Origin: an uncultured Gammaproteobacteria bacterium
Lineage (GTDB): Bacteria > Patescibacteriota > Patescibacteriia > Magasanikbacterales > UBA922
Assembly (NCBI GenBank): GCA_964447765.1
Contig: CAYUTO010000001.1
Coordinates: 121,125 to 185,124 of the forward strand
Reading direction: 5' to 3'
Length of the DNA: 64,000 bases
The notes beneath the pieces are model-generated. The model saw nothing but the letters and a program-made list of their open reading frames with translations, searched no databases and was not told where the DNA came from. Within the stretch, counting starts at the first letter, position 1. Each line of letters begins with the position of its first letter. Positions 30,378 to 40,696 of the stretch are shown here, piece after piece. Both the position numbers and the translations under genes were made by a program.

Positions 30378-33167
30378 TTAAAAATTATATTTTTTCTTTC
30401 TTTGCTCAAAAGCAGTTTTTCCACCCTCAAGAATATCACAAACATGTTCTTGAATCCCTCTTTGCTCCAAGACATAATCAGAAGATTCATTCAAAAAAGT
30501 ATTTTCCAATGCCCCTTGTGCATATTCAAATTTATAGGTTTTATTCTTTGATTTATCGCCACTTTGATTTGCTACAATAACACATTCAGAATCTGCTCCA
30601 ACGACTAAATTTGGGTTATGAGTTGCAATAATTATTTGCCTATCTTTCTTTTTTGTTTTTATAAATTTTACAAGATCGTTATATATTGAACGATTATCTA
30701 AATCATCTTCTGGTTGGTCGAGTAAAATAGGACATCTGCTATTATCAAGTTCAATCAAAAGTTTGAGTAGGACAAAAGATTTTTTTCCTGGTGACATTTC
30801 CGAAATTTCATCTCCATTTTGTTTGATTATGTAGTCAAAGCTAAACCATAATTGAGTGAGTTTTGTAATAGCCTCCTTCTTAGAATAAGAATTTTTCAAA
30901 TTTATTTTTTCATTCAAAATAGCTTGTAAAATTTTCTTTAGATCAGCTTTAAAATTTGTTGTATTTAAAAACTTATAATCCTGTAAAACAACTTCTTCAA
31001 ATTTACTCAGCTTCCTTTGATCAAAAATATCATTTATACAGTGTTCCTGAAAAGATTTGACCTCAAACAGTATATCTATCCCAAATTCTAAATCTTGATC
31101 ATGCGTAATACTTCTTTGTTTCAATATTTCAGTTTTAGCATTAAAAAAATTATCGAAAAACTTAGAGTGGTTTTCAACAATACTTTTAATTAGATTCTCA
31201 TAAGCAGTTTTTAATGTTTCAAGATTCTTTTCTTGATCAATGATCTGCTTGAGTTTCTTTTCCTCTTCTTCGAGTTTTTTTATTTTCTCATCAAGAGATC
31301 TTGATTTTTGAGCTTTCTCTAAGAGAGGATTAAAGATTTTATGTAATTCTTCTAACGTATTTTCATGATCCGTTTTCTGTTTTTCTATTTTTTTGTTTTC
31401 CATTTCAATTGTTTCATGCCATTTTGCTTCCGCCTCTTCTAATGTTGTATTTAGACTATTTTGAAGATTCTTTTTAATACCAACCTCAAGAGAATCTAAA
31501 TATTCTTGGGTCGAAGAAAAAACACCAAAGTTTTTTTGAGATTTTAGAGCAGTGAGAGAATTTAAATCTTTCCCAACCTTTTCTTGGATTACTTTTAGAT
31601 TGGTAATTTTTTCTAAAGTATCATTATAATCTTTTATTTCATCATCGCTCATCCCTGCTTTTTTCTTGAGTTCCGAAACTTCTTTTTTCAGTTTTTCAAT
31701 TTCAGATTCGATTCCCTTTTTATCTCCAATCTCTTTAATACTTTCACTTTGATTTTTTATATCATTTTCTTTATAAAAAAGGTCTTCGATATTTTGTGTT
31801 ATGGTTTTTTCTACTTCTCTATTTTGATTTTGCAACTGAGTAAAAACATTCTTTACATCCTCCTCTTGTTCTAAGACATTTTTGATAATATCATCAATTG
31901 AAGTTTTCCCTTCTTTTTTATCAACGAGTCTATTAAGATATGATTGTGGAATATAAATAATTTTTTTATTTACCCCTGTATCTTCATCTTTTTTATTTAT
32001 TTGCTCGTCTCTCCAAACAACATGAAAATTTGCAACTTCATTTGGATATGGATCAATATTTACCTCACTAAGTCTTTTTGTTACCTCTTTAGGGTCAATC
32101 GTTTGTGCAATATTTCTTAATAAAATAGACTTTCCTGTAGATTTTCCTCCAATTATCGCTGTTAAATTTTGATTTATAAAAATCTCATTCGGAGTAAATG
32201 AATCATCAACAAATTTTACTATATCAATTGTTTCATACACATTTTTTTCTTCTGGTTTTAATTCTTGTATTTTAACTCTATCCTCTGGTTCACAAACTAT
32301 TTGGGTCAATCCCTCAAATGTTGTATCTGCTTTTATCCATGTAATTTCTGCGTAGTCTCCAATTTGCCCGTCTTTCCTTACTTCTTCAAACGATTTACCT
32401 AACTTATTATCTAATGTCTCAAATGAGTGAGAATCAGAACCAAAAACCACAGGTTTAGGAGCCAAGTTATAATCATTTCTCTTTCCTTCTTTATTAAGAT
32501 AAAAATCTACATTTTTTGAATTGCCAAAAAATACTTTACATTTTTTATCTAATTCTTTAGCATACTCAGATCCTCTCCCGTCATTTGATCCATTTGGTCT
32601 TAAGGAGCCGTATCCATTCGAAACACCAACAATTAAATATTCATTACTAATAAAATCTTTTTTTAATTTATTCTCCAATTCATCAATTTTAATCATTGCT
32701 TTATCGTATCCAATTTCATTCAAATCGGTCTCGATACAATACTTGTTAGTTAAATTTTCATCGTCAGTGGAGATGAGTTCTAATCTTGTAAAAAAATTAT
32801 TGATTTTATCTAAAGTAGACTGTGCATTGGAAAAAATTATATGAAATTGAATATGTTCCTCTTGGCTATTTTTTGATTCTGTTCTAAACTCAATATTTGG
32901 AAAAAAAACTTTTTTTGAATCTGGATACTTCTTTTTAAATTTTTCAACAAAAACAAAAAAATTTTGAATAGAAAAATAATCTGTTATTCCCACAACGGAA
33001 ACGTCAGAATTTTCTATTTTCTCACAAAAAATATCCCAGATATCCTGCTCACCAGTAGCGAGATATTGGTTATTTAATTTTGTTTCAGGTGGGTGGACAT
33101 GTAAATCCCACTTTCTCCATTCTGAGCCTCTTAAATAAGAGGCATTCGTTTTATTTGTTTCAGACAT
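30378..33167 (-). CDS. PHP-domain phosphoesterase fused to SMC/RecF-like ABC ATPase with long coiled coil (candidate defense protein)
   Basis: N-terminal WRKWDLHVHP and GSDSH PHP motifs. Walker A IIGGKSTGKS. ~300-aa Lys/Glu coiled coil. Signature-like EMSPGKKS. Walker B ILLDQPEDDLD. H-loop IIATHNP. Confidence 0.65.
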   Translation of the reverse strand: MSETNKTNASYLRGSEWRKWDLHVHPPETKLNNQYLATGEQDIWDIFCEKIENSDVSVVGITDYFSIQNFFVFVEKFKKKYPDSKKVFFPNIEFRTESKNSQEEHIQFHIIFSNAQSTLDKINNFFTRLELISTDDENLTNKYCIETDLNEIGYDKAMIKIDELENKLKKDFISNEYLIVGVSNGYGSLRPNGSNDGRGSEYAKELDKKCKVFFGNSKNVDFYLNKEGKRNDYNLAPKPVVFGSDSHSFETLDNKLGKSFEEVRKDGQIGDYAEITWIKADTTFEGLTQIVCEPEDRVKIQELKPEEKNVYETIDIVKFVDDSFTPNEIFINQNLTAIIGGKSTGKSILLRNIAQTIDPKEVTKRLSEVNIDPYPNEVANFHVVWRDEQINKKDEDTGVNKKIIYIPQSYLNRLVDKKEGKTSIDDIIKNVLEQEEDVKNVFTQLQNQNREVEKTITQNIEDLFYKENDIKNQSESIKEIGDKKGIESEIEKLKKEVSELKKKAGMSDDEIKDYNDTLEKITNLKVIQEKVGKDLNSLTALKSQKNFGVFSSTQEYLDSLEVGIKKNLQNSLNTTLEEAEAKWHETIEMENKKIEKQKTDHENTLEELHKIFNPLLEKAQKSRSLDEKIKKLEEEEKKLKQIIDQEKNLETLKTAYENLIKSIVENHSKFFDNFFNAKTEILKQRSITHDQDLEFGIDILFEVKSFQEHCINDIFDQRKLSKFEEVVLQDYKFLNTTNFKADLKKILQAILNEKINLKNSYSKKEAITKLTQLWFSFDYIIKQNGDEISEMSPGKKSFVLLKLLIELDNSRCPILLDQPEDDLDNRSIYNDLVKFIKTKKKDRQIIIATHNPNLVVGADSECVIVANQSGDKSKNKTYKFEYAQGALENTFLNESSDYVLEQRGIQEHVCDILEGGKTAFEQRKKKYNF

Positions 33168-33176
33168 AGTATTCTA

Positions 33177-34667
33177 TTAACAAGAGTGCTTTACCAAAAA
33201 CTCCCAAATTCGAACCATCGCCATCGTATCAAGTTTACAATACTCAAGGAGGTCTTCTTTGATGGTTTGTTTTTCTTCTTTCGTAGCCTTGTCTCCAATC
33301 ATGTATTCCCATCGTTCACTGGCTTGATCACCTTTTTGGATATTCAAGCTCTTATACGTCAAATCAGGCACCAATACAGGCAATATTTTTTTGATACTGG
33401 CACTTCCCACGAACTTTGCGTCTACATAGTATTGATTCGAGAATATCTCCATGAGGTCAAAGATATTGTCTACCAAACTCATAAGAAAATCAGCATGTTC
33501 AGGATGAAGCTCTATAAGTTTTTCAATACGTTGTTTCTCGTAATTTTTGTACCACACGATGAGTGTTCCATTCGGGTCGAGATCCTCACGCATTCTGTCG
33601 ACGAGTGCTTTAGTCATATCACGACTAGACTCGGTAATCAAGAACTCTTTATGCTCTGTTGTGCCGTCTTCCTGAACGATATGGAGTGAGTATTGAAACG
33701 GAATCTGTTCGTATGCACCAAACCCATTTGCAAGGGGGATAACGCTCGTATAGCCCTCAAAATCAAAGAATTGGAGGGGGTATTGAAGCCCACCAAGTAA
33801 CTCTCGTATCTTGTCATGGTCTATAGATGTTTTTCCTGTAATGTACGCCTCGTATTGAGCTTTTTTTGCACCTTTCAGGGATTCAGGATTGTCTATGTCT
33901 TCCAAAGCGTAGATACCCCGATCAATCCAATCTTCCAATAATTTTTTGCTTCCACCGATACGGTTTATATCGTGTACAGAATACTCGGGTACTTGTGGGT
34001 TTGAGTGAGCAAAGGTAGTACATTGATTGCTTCGCCCTTGATAGATACAGAGACAGCCCTTTTCTTCGGGCATAGTGAGATACTGCTTCATGTCTTCCAT
34101 TTGTTTTCTCACCTCATCGTCAAGAGTGGTTACTTCTCCTGAAACATCTTCGGTCACAAATAATTCGTAATAATTGATTGCGCCGTTTCGTCTATACTCT
34201 CTATTGAGATGAATAACACCCGTTTTCACAATCTTGATACCACTTTTTTCAATAACAATCTTCTGAAAAGCAAGATCCTTGATATAGTGCATTGGTTCTT
34301 TTCGTTTTATTTCATTCGCCGCCTTTACCTCATAGAGTTCATAGCCACCAAGCTCGTTATTTTTTACCAATACATCGGCTCGGATAAAGAATACATCTTC
34401 TTGAAAGGTGGCCTGAAATAGTATCTGTGTACCAACTTCAATATATTGCTTTGTGTCATTTACGGCGTCCGCACCCTGACTATCTACGAAAACGCCACCG
34501 TTAAATAGGTGACGTGCTTCGGTATCTGCAAGGTTTCCTTCTTCGATAATCTTACGCTCAAATTCCGACAACTCGACACCTTCAAAAAGCTCGGGCTTGT
34601 GTTTTTTTAGCCAAAGATTTTTTCTACAAAAGGTATATTCGAGATAGTCGGTTTTGGTTAAGATCAT
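33177..34667 (-). CDS. DUF2779-like domain protein (predicted nuclease-related)
   Basis: N-terminal ILTKTDYLEYTFCRKNLWLKKHKPELF matches the LSKS.F..G.QC.K.LWL..H.PEL pattern of DUF2779 proteins. Confidence 0.5.
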   Translation of the reverse strand: MILTKTDYLEYTFCRKNLWLKKHKPELFEGVELSEFERKIIEEGNLADTEARHLFNGGVFVDSQGADAVNDTKQYIEVGTQILFQATFQEDVFFIRADVLVKNNELGGYELYEVKAANEIKRKEPMHYIKDLAFQKIVIEKSGIKIVKTGVIHLNREYRRNGAINYYELFVTEDVSGEVTTLDDEVRKQMEDMKQYLTMPEEKGCLCIYQGRSNQCTTFAHSNPQVPEYSVHDINRIGGSKKLLEDWIDRGIYALEDIDNPESLKGAKKAQYEAYITGKTSIDHDKIRELLGGLQYPLQFFDFEGYTSVIPLANGFGAYEQIPFQYSLHIVQEDGTTEHKEFLITESSRDMTKALVDRMREDLDPNGTLIVWYKNYEKQRIEKLIELHPEHADFLMSLVDNIFDLMEIFSNQYYVDAKFVGSASIKKILPVLVPDLTYKSLNIQKGDQASERWEYMIGDKATKEEKQTIKEDLLEYCKLDTMAMVRIWEFLVKHSC

Positions 34668-36979
34668 ACAATAATCAAACTTTGCCAGCCTTTCATTGCG
34701 TTTGTATAAGAGTATTCTTTGTTTGAGTTAATCTTCCAGCCATTTTCATCTTTGACGACAATTCCACCTACAAAGCCCTTCTTATTCTTTAGCCATTCTT
34801 GTAATGCTTCGGCTTTGTATTTTGTGTCATTTGATTCTGCTGTAAAACCAGCTTTGGTATCAACGATCCAAATCTTGTTTTTGGTTTTGATTATCCAGTC
34901 GGGATAAAATAGTTTTTCTTTGTTCTCATCAGGATTGTAGTATGAGATAGAAAAAAATTCACTACCAGAATCTCCATTTTTATACCACCACTCAATAGCA
35001 TTTTCTTTTTCTTCTAAAAATTTGATAAATCCTTTTTCATTATCGACAACTTCTTTGGAAATATAAAATGGTTCCAAAGCGGATTTCTTTACTTTCATCT
35101 CTTCGTAGTTATCTGTAAAGAAGAGAGACGCTCTAGGCACTTCAATAATTTCCGTTCTTTTTGAGCGAACGGATTTTTTGTTTACCTCTTGATCACGAAT
35201 AGGACGATATGAGAATAGTGCTTCGCCGATGATTGGTCTCAAAACACCACTTTCTCTCAACAGATCATTGAGAATAACTTTGTATGCGTGAGTTCGGTCG
35301 TCCCCAAGTATTGGAAGAAGCCACACATTAAGAGCTGTTTTGAGTTTTCCCCATGAACGTTCAGGGGCAAACTTTTTATCTTCATCTGTTTGTTTACTGA
35401 CAATGTTAAAACAAACCAAATTATAGAGTCTTTCAATATCATGTTGAGACATGTCTTGATCGTGACTATCACCCTCGGCGAGCAATTCTTTGGTAAAATT
35501 GTCATAATCATCAATCTCCACACCAACGATAATGCCGTTTGTCACTTGAGGTTTTAGTTCAAGACCTTTTGCGGACAGTTTCTTTTTTGCTTCGCTATCA
35601 TTATCTTTTAAAGAGAATGTCTTGTTTGCTATCTTTTTGAAAGTGGTTTGAAATGAATCACCAAGGTCATTATAGTCTGTACGGCTCATGAAGATGGATT
35701 CAATCTGAATTGGTTCAATACCTTCTTTGCGATAACTACCGTAAATAGCTGGTTTATTTTCTGATTTGTTCTTATCGTATTCACTAATAACCTCGTTTCT
35801 TTTGTAGTTTGTATAGAGATACCCAAGATTCAATTCAGGCTTACCGAAATGAGTGCCGTGAGGCATACGAAGAATACGACCAACCGTTTGAATAGCAAAG
35901 GTAGGATTCTTAATTTCACGGAACATCACAAGCACGCCTGCACGTGGACAATCCCACCCAGTAGCAACAGCTTGCTTGAACAAAAGAAATGAGATAGATG
36001 AATTATTTCTTTCTACATCTTCGAGGTTAATTTTATCTTCCGAAAGCCAAACGGCAATATCATTTTCTGAAACACCTTTTTTCTTGAGATAGTTTATGAC
36101 AATTTCTTGTTTGTTGATATTACTCGTTTCACTCGTTGCCTTGTCATCATTGGGGAGCTGTATCAACACAAGAGGATTTATCTCAATACCAAGTGCCTGA
36201 TAGTATGAGAGTAGTTCTTTTCTTTTTTGATAGGCAAGTTCAAGAAGAATTTCATCTTGATCCATTCCTTTGAATTGCTTTTGATTCAAGTCTTCTTCTG
36301 TTTGAAATATAATTTTTTCTTTAATCAAACCTTCTTTGACCACATCTTCACGTCTGACACGAACAAAACCAGCTATTTTATCTTCGAGATCACTTACCGT
36401 AGGCTCAAATTTAGGAGTAGCAGACGCACGGATAATTATCTTTGGCTTGATAAGACCATCAATAAGTTCTAGGGCTTTTTCCGTATCAGCACCGAGGTGT
36501 TCTTCGTCGATAATAACAACAATTTTTCTATTTTCTTCATGAGTCGATTCTATCATCCCATCAAAAGAAATATCCTGTTCGTTGTCTTTACGAATTTTGA
36601 GCACTTCTTTTGATTGTCCTTTGAGTTTTTCCCAGTTTATAAAAAACACGCTATTACGAGTCATGATTTTACGATTCAAATCATTGATATCCAAAAGCTC
36701 TAACTCCGAAGCACCCCCGTAGTATTGAAAGAGTTTGTTTTTACTTTGTTCAACAAGAGTGGGACCTTTTGACATCCATAAAAAAGCCACATCATTACCT
36801 ATAAAACGAGGGTCGGCAATAATATCTCGCAAAAATTGAGCAAGCATGACAGTTTTCCCTGATCCTGTCGGAGATTTGAATACTAAAGGAAGTTGATTAT
36901 TAGATGATTTCCAAAGGTCAAGAAATTGATCCTTTAGTTTTGCAATAGCAATTTCTTGAAAAGGTTTTAGTGGAAACAT
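34664..36979 (-). CDS. Type III restriction enzyme Res subunit (SF2 helicase plus nuclease)
   Basis: Walker A SPTGSGKT, DEEH box, helicase motif VI QTVGRILR. Translationally coupled to mod. Confidence 0.7.
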   Translation of the reverse strand: MFPLKPFQEIAIAKLKDQFLDLWKSSNNQLPLVFKSPTGSGKTVMLAQFLRDIIADPRFIGNDVAFLWMSKGPTLVEQSKNKLFQYYGGASELELLDINDLNRKIMTRNSVFFINWEKLKGQSKEVLKIRKDNEQDISFDGMIESTHEENRKIVVIIDEEHLGADTEKALELIDGLIKPKIIIRASATPKFEPTVSDLEDKIAGFVRVRREDVVKEGLIKEKIIFQTEEDLNQKQFKGMDQDEILLELAYQKRKELLSYYQALGIEINPLVLIQLPNDDKATSETSNINKQEIVINYLKKKGVSENDIAVWLSEDKINLEDVERNNSSISFLLFKQAVATGWDCPRAGVLVMFREIKNPTFAIQTVGRILRMPHGTHFGKPELNLGYLYTNYKRNEVISEYDKNKSENKPAIYGSYRKEGIEPIQIESIFMSRTDYNDLGDSFQTTFKKIANKTFSLKDNDSEAKKKLSAKGLELKPQVTNGIIVGVEIDDYDNFTKELLAEGDSHDQDMSQHDIERLYNLVCFNIVSKQTDEDKKFAPERSWGKLKTALNVWLLPILGDDRTHAYKVILNDLLRESGVLRPIIGEALFSYRPIRDQEVNKKSVRSKRTEIIEVPRASLFFTDNYEEMKVKKSALEPFYISKEVVDNEKGFIKFLEEKENAIEWWYKNGDSGSEFFSISYYNPDENKEKLFYPDWIIKTKNKIWIVDTKAGFTAESNDTKYKAEALQEWLKNKKGFVGGIVVKDENGWKINSNKEYSYTNAMKGWQSLIIV

Positions 36980-36981
36980 AA

Positions 36982-38736
36982 TTATAGACGGTTAATCTCT
37001 TTGTATACCTCAAGAATTGGTTCAGGGATATCTTCGACACGGACATTTGCTGAACTATATTCACTCTTATATTCATTTTTACCCCAGCTAAAAATATAGA
37101 GCACTGCTGGTTGTTTTTTCTTTTCTAACTTTTCTACCAAATCGTGCAATTTCTCTTTGTCTTCTTTAAAGTAGATAGCTGTGGATTTGCCGTGTCCTTC
37201 AAATATCTGCCACCACTCATTTTTTTCTGTCTCATTGAGAGTATTTTCACGTAGACCAATCATTTCTCCTGCTTGATATGTGAGTTTTACCTTTGCTTGG
37301 TCGGGGGTGTGATGAAGTTTTTCAATATCGACAAGATCAGTTTTGTAGTAACGAAGATTACCTCCGAGACCTTCTACTTTTTCTCCTTTTTTACTCTTAT
37401 ATCCTTTGATAACTTTGTTTAATCTGGTAAATGTTATATTTTCGCAAATACCGTTCTCATTATTGGTACAAAGAATAAAGTTACGATTACCGCCATCTAA
37501 ACTATTAAGCTCAAGGACAGAGTGTCCAGTTGTGCCTGATCCAGCAAAAAAATCTAATACCAATATATTTTTATCTTTGTTAGTTATATTCAACAAATGA
37601 CTAACAAGCTCTTTAGGTTTAGAAAAAGAAAAGTCTATGTCCATCTGTATTAAAACTTTTGAACCTAAGGAATTTGGTAAATCAATAAAAGTAAGAGGTT
37701 TGAGTCCTTTTTCTTGTCTTTCGTGAAGATAAATTTTTGTATATACATTCCACTTTGATTGCTTGCCGTTCTCGTCAATAAGCGGTGATGTTTTACTTTG
37801 TATAAAAACAACACGATCATCTTTTAGATTTCTCTCAAAGGTAGATGGAATCCATCTAAACATTTTATCTTTTTCAGGGGTAGTGACTTTTGATCCATCA
37901 GGGCATTCTATAAAATACCTCTGATTTGGTCGGGGATCTAGACTCGGCATGTACAATGAAACGATATTATATTTACCTCTTTTATCTTCGTATTTAAATA
38001 ACTTGAGATAACCATCATCAGTTTGTGCAGCCGCGTCATTAAACTCTCCTAGCTCATCAATATCCTTGGCATAACAAAGAATATAATCTGTCGACGGTGA
38101 AAAATATTTTCCTTTATTACTCGTCTCTTTTGACTTACGAACAATGTTTGCTAAAAAATTTTTTTCACCAAAAACACCATCACATAACAACTTAAGTTGA
38201 GCCATTTCATCATCACCGATACTGACAAAAAATACACCGCTCTTTTTAAGTAAATCTCTAGAAAGAAGCAGTCTTTTTTCAATAAAAGAAGTCCACTTGC
38301 TATGTCGAAAGGCATCATCCTTGTCCACGAATTTATCATTATAAGAAAAATCATTATTACCTGTATTATATGGAGGGTCGATATAGATAACATCAATTTT
38401 CCCTTTATGGGTATAATTCAAAACAGATAAAGCATGATAGTTATCTCCTTCGATCAAAATATTTTCCGTCTTTGTTTCATCAGTAATAACAACAGGTTCT
38501 ACTCCTTTCTGTTTTTCTTTTAAACGTAAAATAGGAACATTGCGTTTACAATCTTCCACAATTTGCTCTGGCTTCTCTTCCCAAACCAAACCATATTTTT
38601 TTTGCTTTTTTATTTTCCTCAATTCCTTTTCAAGATCTTCTATTTTTTTAGAAAGTATTTTTTCATTTGAATTCATAGCAAACTCCTTAATCCATATAAA
38701 ATATGATTGATTCCATTTTATACTTTTTTCAAGCAT
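36982..38736 (-). CDS. Type III R-M DNA adenine methyltransferase Mod
   Basis: DPPY motif IV in VIYIDPPYNTGNDF. AdoMet motif FFAGSGTTGHSV. Confidence 0.75.
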   Translation of the reverse strand: MLEKSIKWNQSYFIWIKEFAMNSNEKILSKKIEDLEKELRKIKKQKKYGLVWEEKPEQIVEDCKRNVPILRLKEKQKGVEPVVITDETKTENILIEGDNYHALSVLNYTHKGKIDVIYIDPPYNTGNNDFSYNDKFVDKDDAFRHSKWTSFIEKRLLLSRDLLKKSGVFFVSIGDDEMAQLKLLCDGVFGEKNFLANIVRKSKETSNKGKYFSPSTDYILCYAKDIDELGEFNDAAAQTDDGYLKLFKYEDKRGKYNIVSLYMPSLDPRPNQRYFIECPDGSKVTTPEKDKMFRWIPSTFERNLKDDRVVFIQSKTSPLIDENGKQSKWNVYTKIYLHERQEKGLKPLTFIDLPNSLGSKVLIQMDIDFSFSKPKELVSHLLNITNKDKNILVLDFFAGSGTTGHSVLELNSLDGGNRNFILCTNNENGICENITFTRLNKVIKGYKSKKGEKVEGLGGNLRYYKTDLVDIEKLHHTPDQAKVKLTYQAGEMIGLRENTLNETEKNEWWQIFEGHGKSTAIYFKEDKEKLHDLVEKLEKKKQPAVLYIFSWGKNEYKSEYSSANVRVEDIPEPILEVYKEINRL

Positions 38737-38793
38737 TTGTCCACACTTTCAGATATTTGTTCTTCGGGTTAAGTTCGGGTATACTGATCATAT

Positions 38794-39393
38794 ATGAACA
38801 GATTGACCAAACGACAAAAGGAAATATTCGACTACATCTGCACATATCTTGAAGAAAACGAGGTTTCCCCCTCGTTAGAGGAAATAAAAGAGAAGTTCGG
38901 TCTTTCCGCCCTCTCTACCGTTCATGAGCATATTACCGAGCTCGTAGACAAAGGGTATTTGCGCCGAGATGAGCGAAAAGAACGAGGGCTGTACTTGCCA
39001 GCAAAACGCCAGCAGTACATAGAAGTACCTCTCCTTGGGACGATTGCTTGCGGTGAACCACTGGAAGCAATTGAAACCCCCGATGAATTTATCAGAGTAG
39101 TCCGAGAAGAACCCTTGCGAGGCACGATATATGCCCTCAAAGCAAAGGGTGATTCAATGATACAAGAAGGTATTTTTGACGGTGATTTTATTATCGTCAA
39201 AAAGCAACAAACAGCAGAAAATGGCGATACCGTTGTCGCAATCATAGACGATAACGAGGCGACGCTTAAAAAATACTATCAAGAAAAGGATAGGATTCGA
39301 TTACAGCCAGCAAATCCGACGTTTAGCCCAACGTATAGACAAGAGGTAGAAATTCGAGGCGTTGTGGTGAAGATTATTCGGAATTTAAAATAA
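38794..39393 (+). CDS. lexA: LexA-like repressor (wHTH plus S24 peptidase)
   Basis: N-terminal LexA DNA-binding domain. A CG at the expected AG cleavage position. Ser/Lys dyad GDSM ... IIVKK. Confidence 0.7.
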   Translation: MNRLTKRQKEIFDYICTYLEENEVSPSLEEIKEKFGLSALSTVHEHITELVDKGYLRRDERKERGLYLPAKRQQYIEVPLLGTIACGEPLEAIETPDEFIRVVREEPLRGTIYALKAKGDSMIQEGIFDGDFIIVKKQQTAENGDTVVAIIDDNEATLKKYYQEKDRIRLQPANPTFSPTYRQEVEIRGVVVKIIRNLK

Positions 39394-39447
39394 ATATGAG
39401 CGATTATCTTTCGTATTCACTATTCGCTATTCAGTTTCTTAACCCAC

Positions 39448-40257
39448 ATGAAACTCTCCGCCGACACCATCAAGAAGCGCATGCTCGAGTTCACGCAACT
39501 CTTCTCGATAGAGCGGAATGTTTTTCAGCGTTTCGTGATTGTATATAAATACATCTACTTCCTCAACACCGACCCAGTAGCAAAAAGCGTTCTCCAAAAG
39601 ATATTCGACGAGACCTCCAAAGTCATGGGCGAACACAGCGAAGACTGCCTCGACGAGGATCAGTTCCTCGACGTCAAAGGACAAGCTATTTTTTCACGCC
39701 AATTTTGGATATATTATAGCAATCTTGAGATTATCTACGGCAAGATGAAAAAGCTCAAGAAGTGTGGCGTTGACGATAAACTCGAGTTTGAGACTCTGTG
39801 TCAGCTGTTCTCAAAGCCCTACTCTCGAGACATGTTGTCCCTTTCGTTCAAGGTAGTGAACAGCGAGATATTCAATCAACTCGATAAAGAATCGTTTTTT
39901 GAAGCGGAGAAAGAAGAAACATGGTTTGATGACAAATTGAGTGTCCTCTACGTACGGAGTAAGAAAGTGCTTATCAATAAGCAAGACAAGATCACGAACG
40001 CTCACAAGCTCCTGCACCATATTTTCATCACCAACAAGAATAATATCGAAGACGAGTTTTTCTACTCGGAAATAGCCGATGATGAGTTTGGGGATATGGA
40101 CTACACCAAAGATCAGGAAGCATGGAAACGCTATCACCGTGCGAGTGAGTATGTGAACGAGAAAATCTGCGAACAGACAGATAATGAAATACGAGATTTC
40201 CTTGTGTATAACACAGGTAAACAAGGTAGAGTGAAAATCAACAAAGCATACCTCTAG
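39448..40257 (+). CDS. Hypothetical protein (first prophage-side gene)
   Basis: Clean 269-aa ORF followed by a hairpin and T-run terminator near 40282-40305. Confidence 0.4.
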   Translation: MKLSADTIKKRMLEFTQLFSIERNVFQRFVIVYKYIYFLNTDPVAKSVLQKIFDETSKVMGEHSEDCLDEDQFLDVKGQAIFSRQFWIYYSNLEIIYGKMKKLKKCGVDDKLEFETLCQLFSKPYSRDMLSLSFKVVNSEIFNQLDKESFFEAEKEETWFDDKLSVLYVRSKKVLINKQDKITNAHKLLHHIFITNKNNIEDEFFYSEIADDEFGDMDYTKDQEAWKRYHRASEYVNEKICEQTDNEIRDFLVYNTGKQGRVKINKAYL

Positions 40258-40430
40258 TTCCGCAAAATTCTATACAAAACAGCTCTCAACCGAGGGCTTT
40301 TTTGTTATTCCCGTAAATCTTCTCCAAAACTTTTGGGAACAGTGAAATTCTATTATGCCTACATCGCAAAAACAAAGGTCGATTGCGAACACATGTAACT
40401 CATATTTTATGAAAGAAACAATACAAGTCT

Positions 40431-40694
40431 ATGTTCAAATTAACAGGAGTTCTCAAAAAAGAAGAAGTTCGGGAGTTCACACGCAAGGACGGGAGTCAGG
40501 GACAAAGCCGAACACTCTTCATCGAACCAGAAGGAAGCGTGTACCCAGTAAAAGTAAATGTGTCCGACATGGATCTCAAAGTCGGCAAACAGGGAGAAAA
40601 AGTAACAGTCGACGTGGCAATATTTCCGTACTTTATCGAGGGCGGTAAACGCAAACGAGCGTTCACGGATTACTACATCCCTAACAAGAAATAA
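40431..40694 (+). CDS. Filamentous-phage ssDNA-binding protein (g5p-like), putative
   Basis: 87 aa, beta-rich and basic. Sits directly upstream of the small hydrophobic and coat genes, as in the inovirus order gV-gVII-gIX-gVIII. Confidence 0.45.
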   Translation: MFKLTGVLKKEEVREFTRKDGSQGQSRTLFIEPEGSVYPVKVNVSDMDLKVGKQGEKVTVDVAIFPYFIEGGKRKRAFTDYYIPNKK

Positions 40695-40696
40695 GT

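Noticed and set aside
38922-39245. 107-aa minus-strand ORF
   Set aside because: Fully antisense to the well-supported lexA-like gene; Ser-rich shadow frame.
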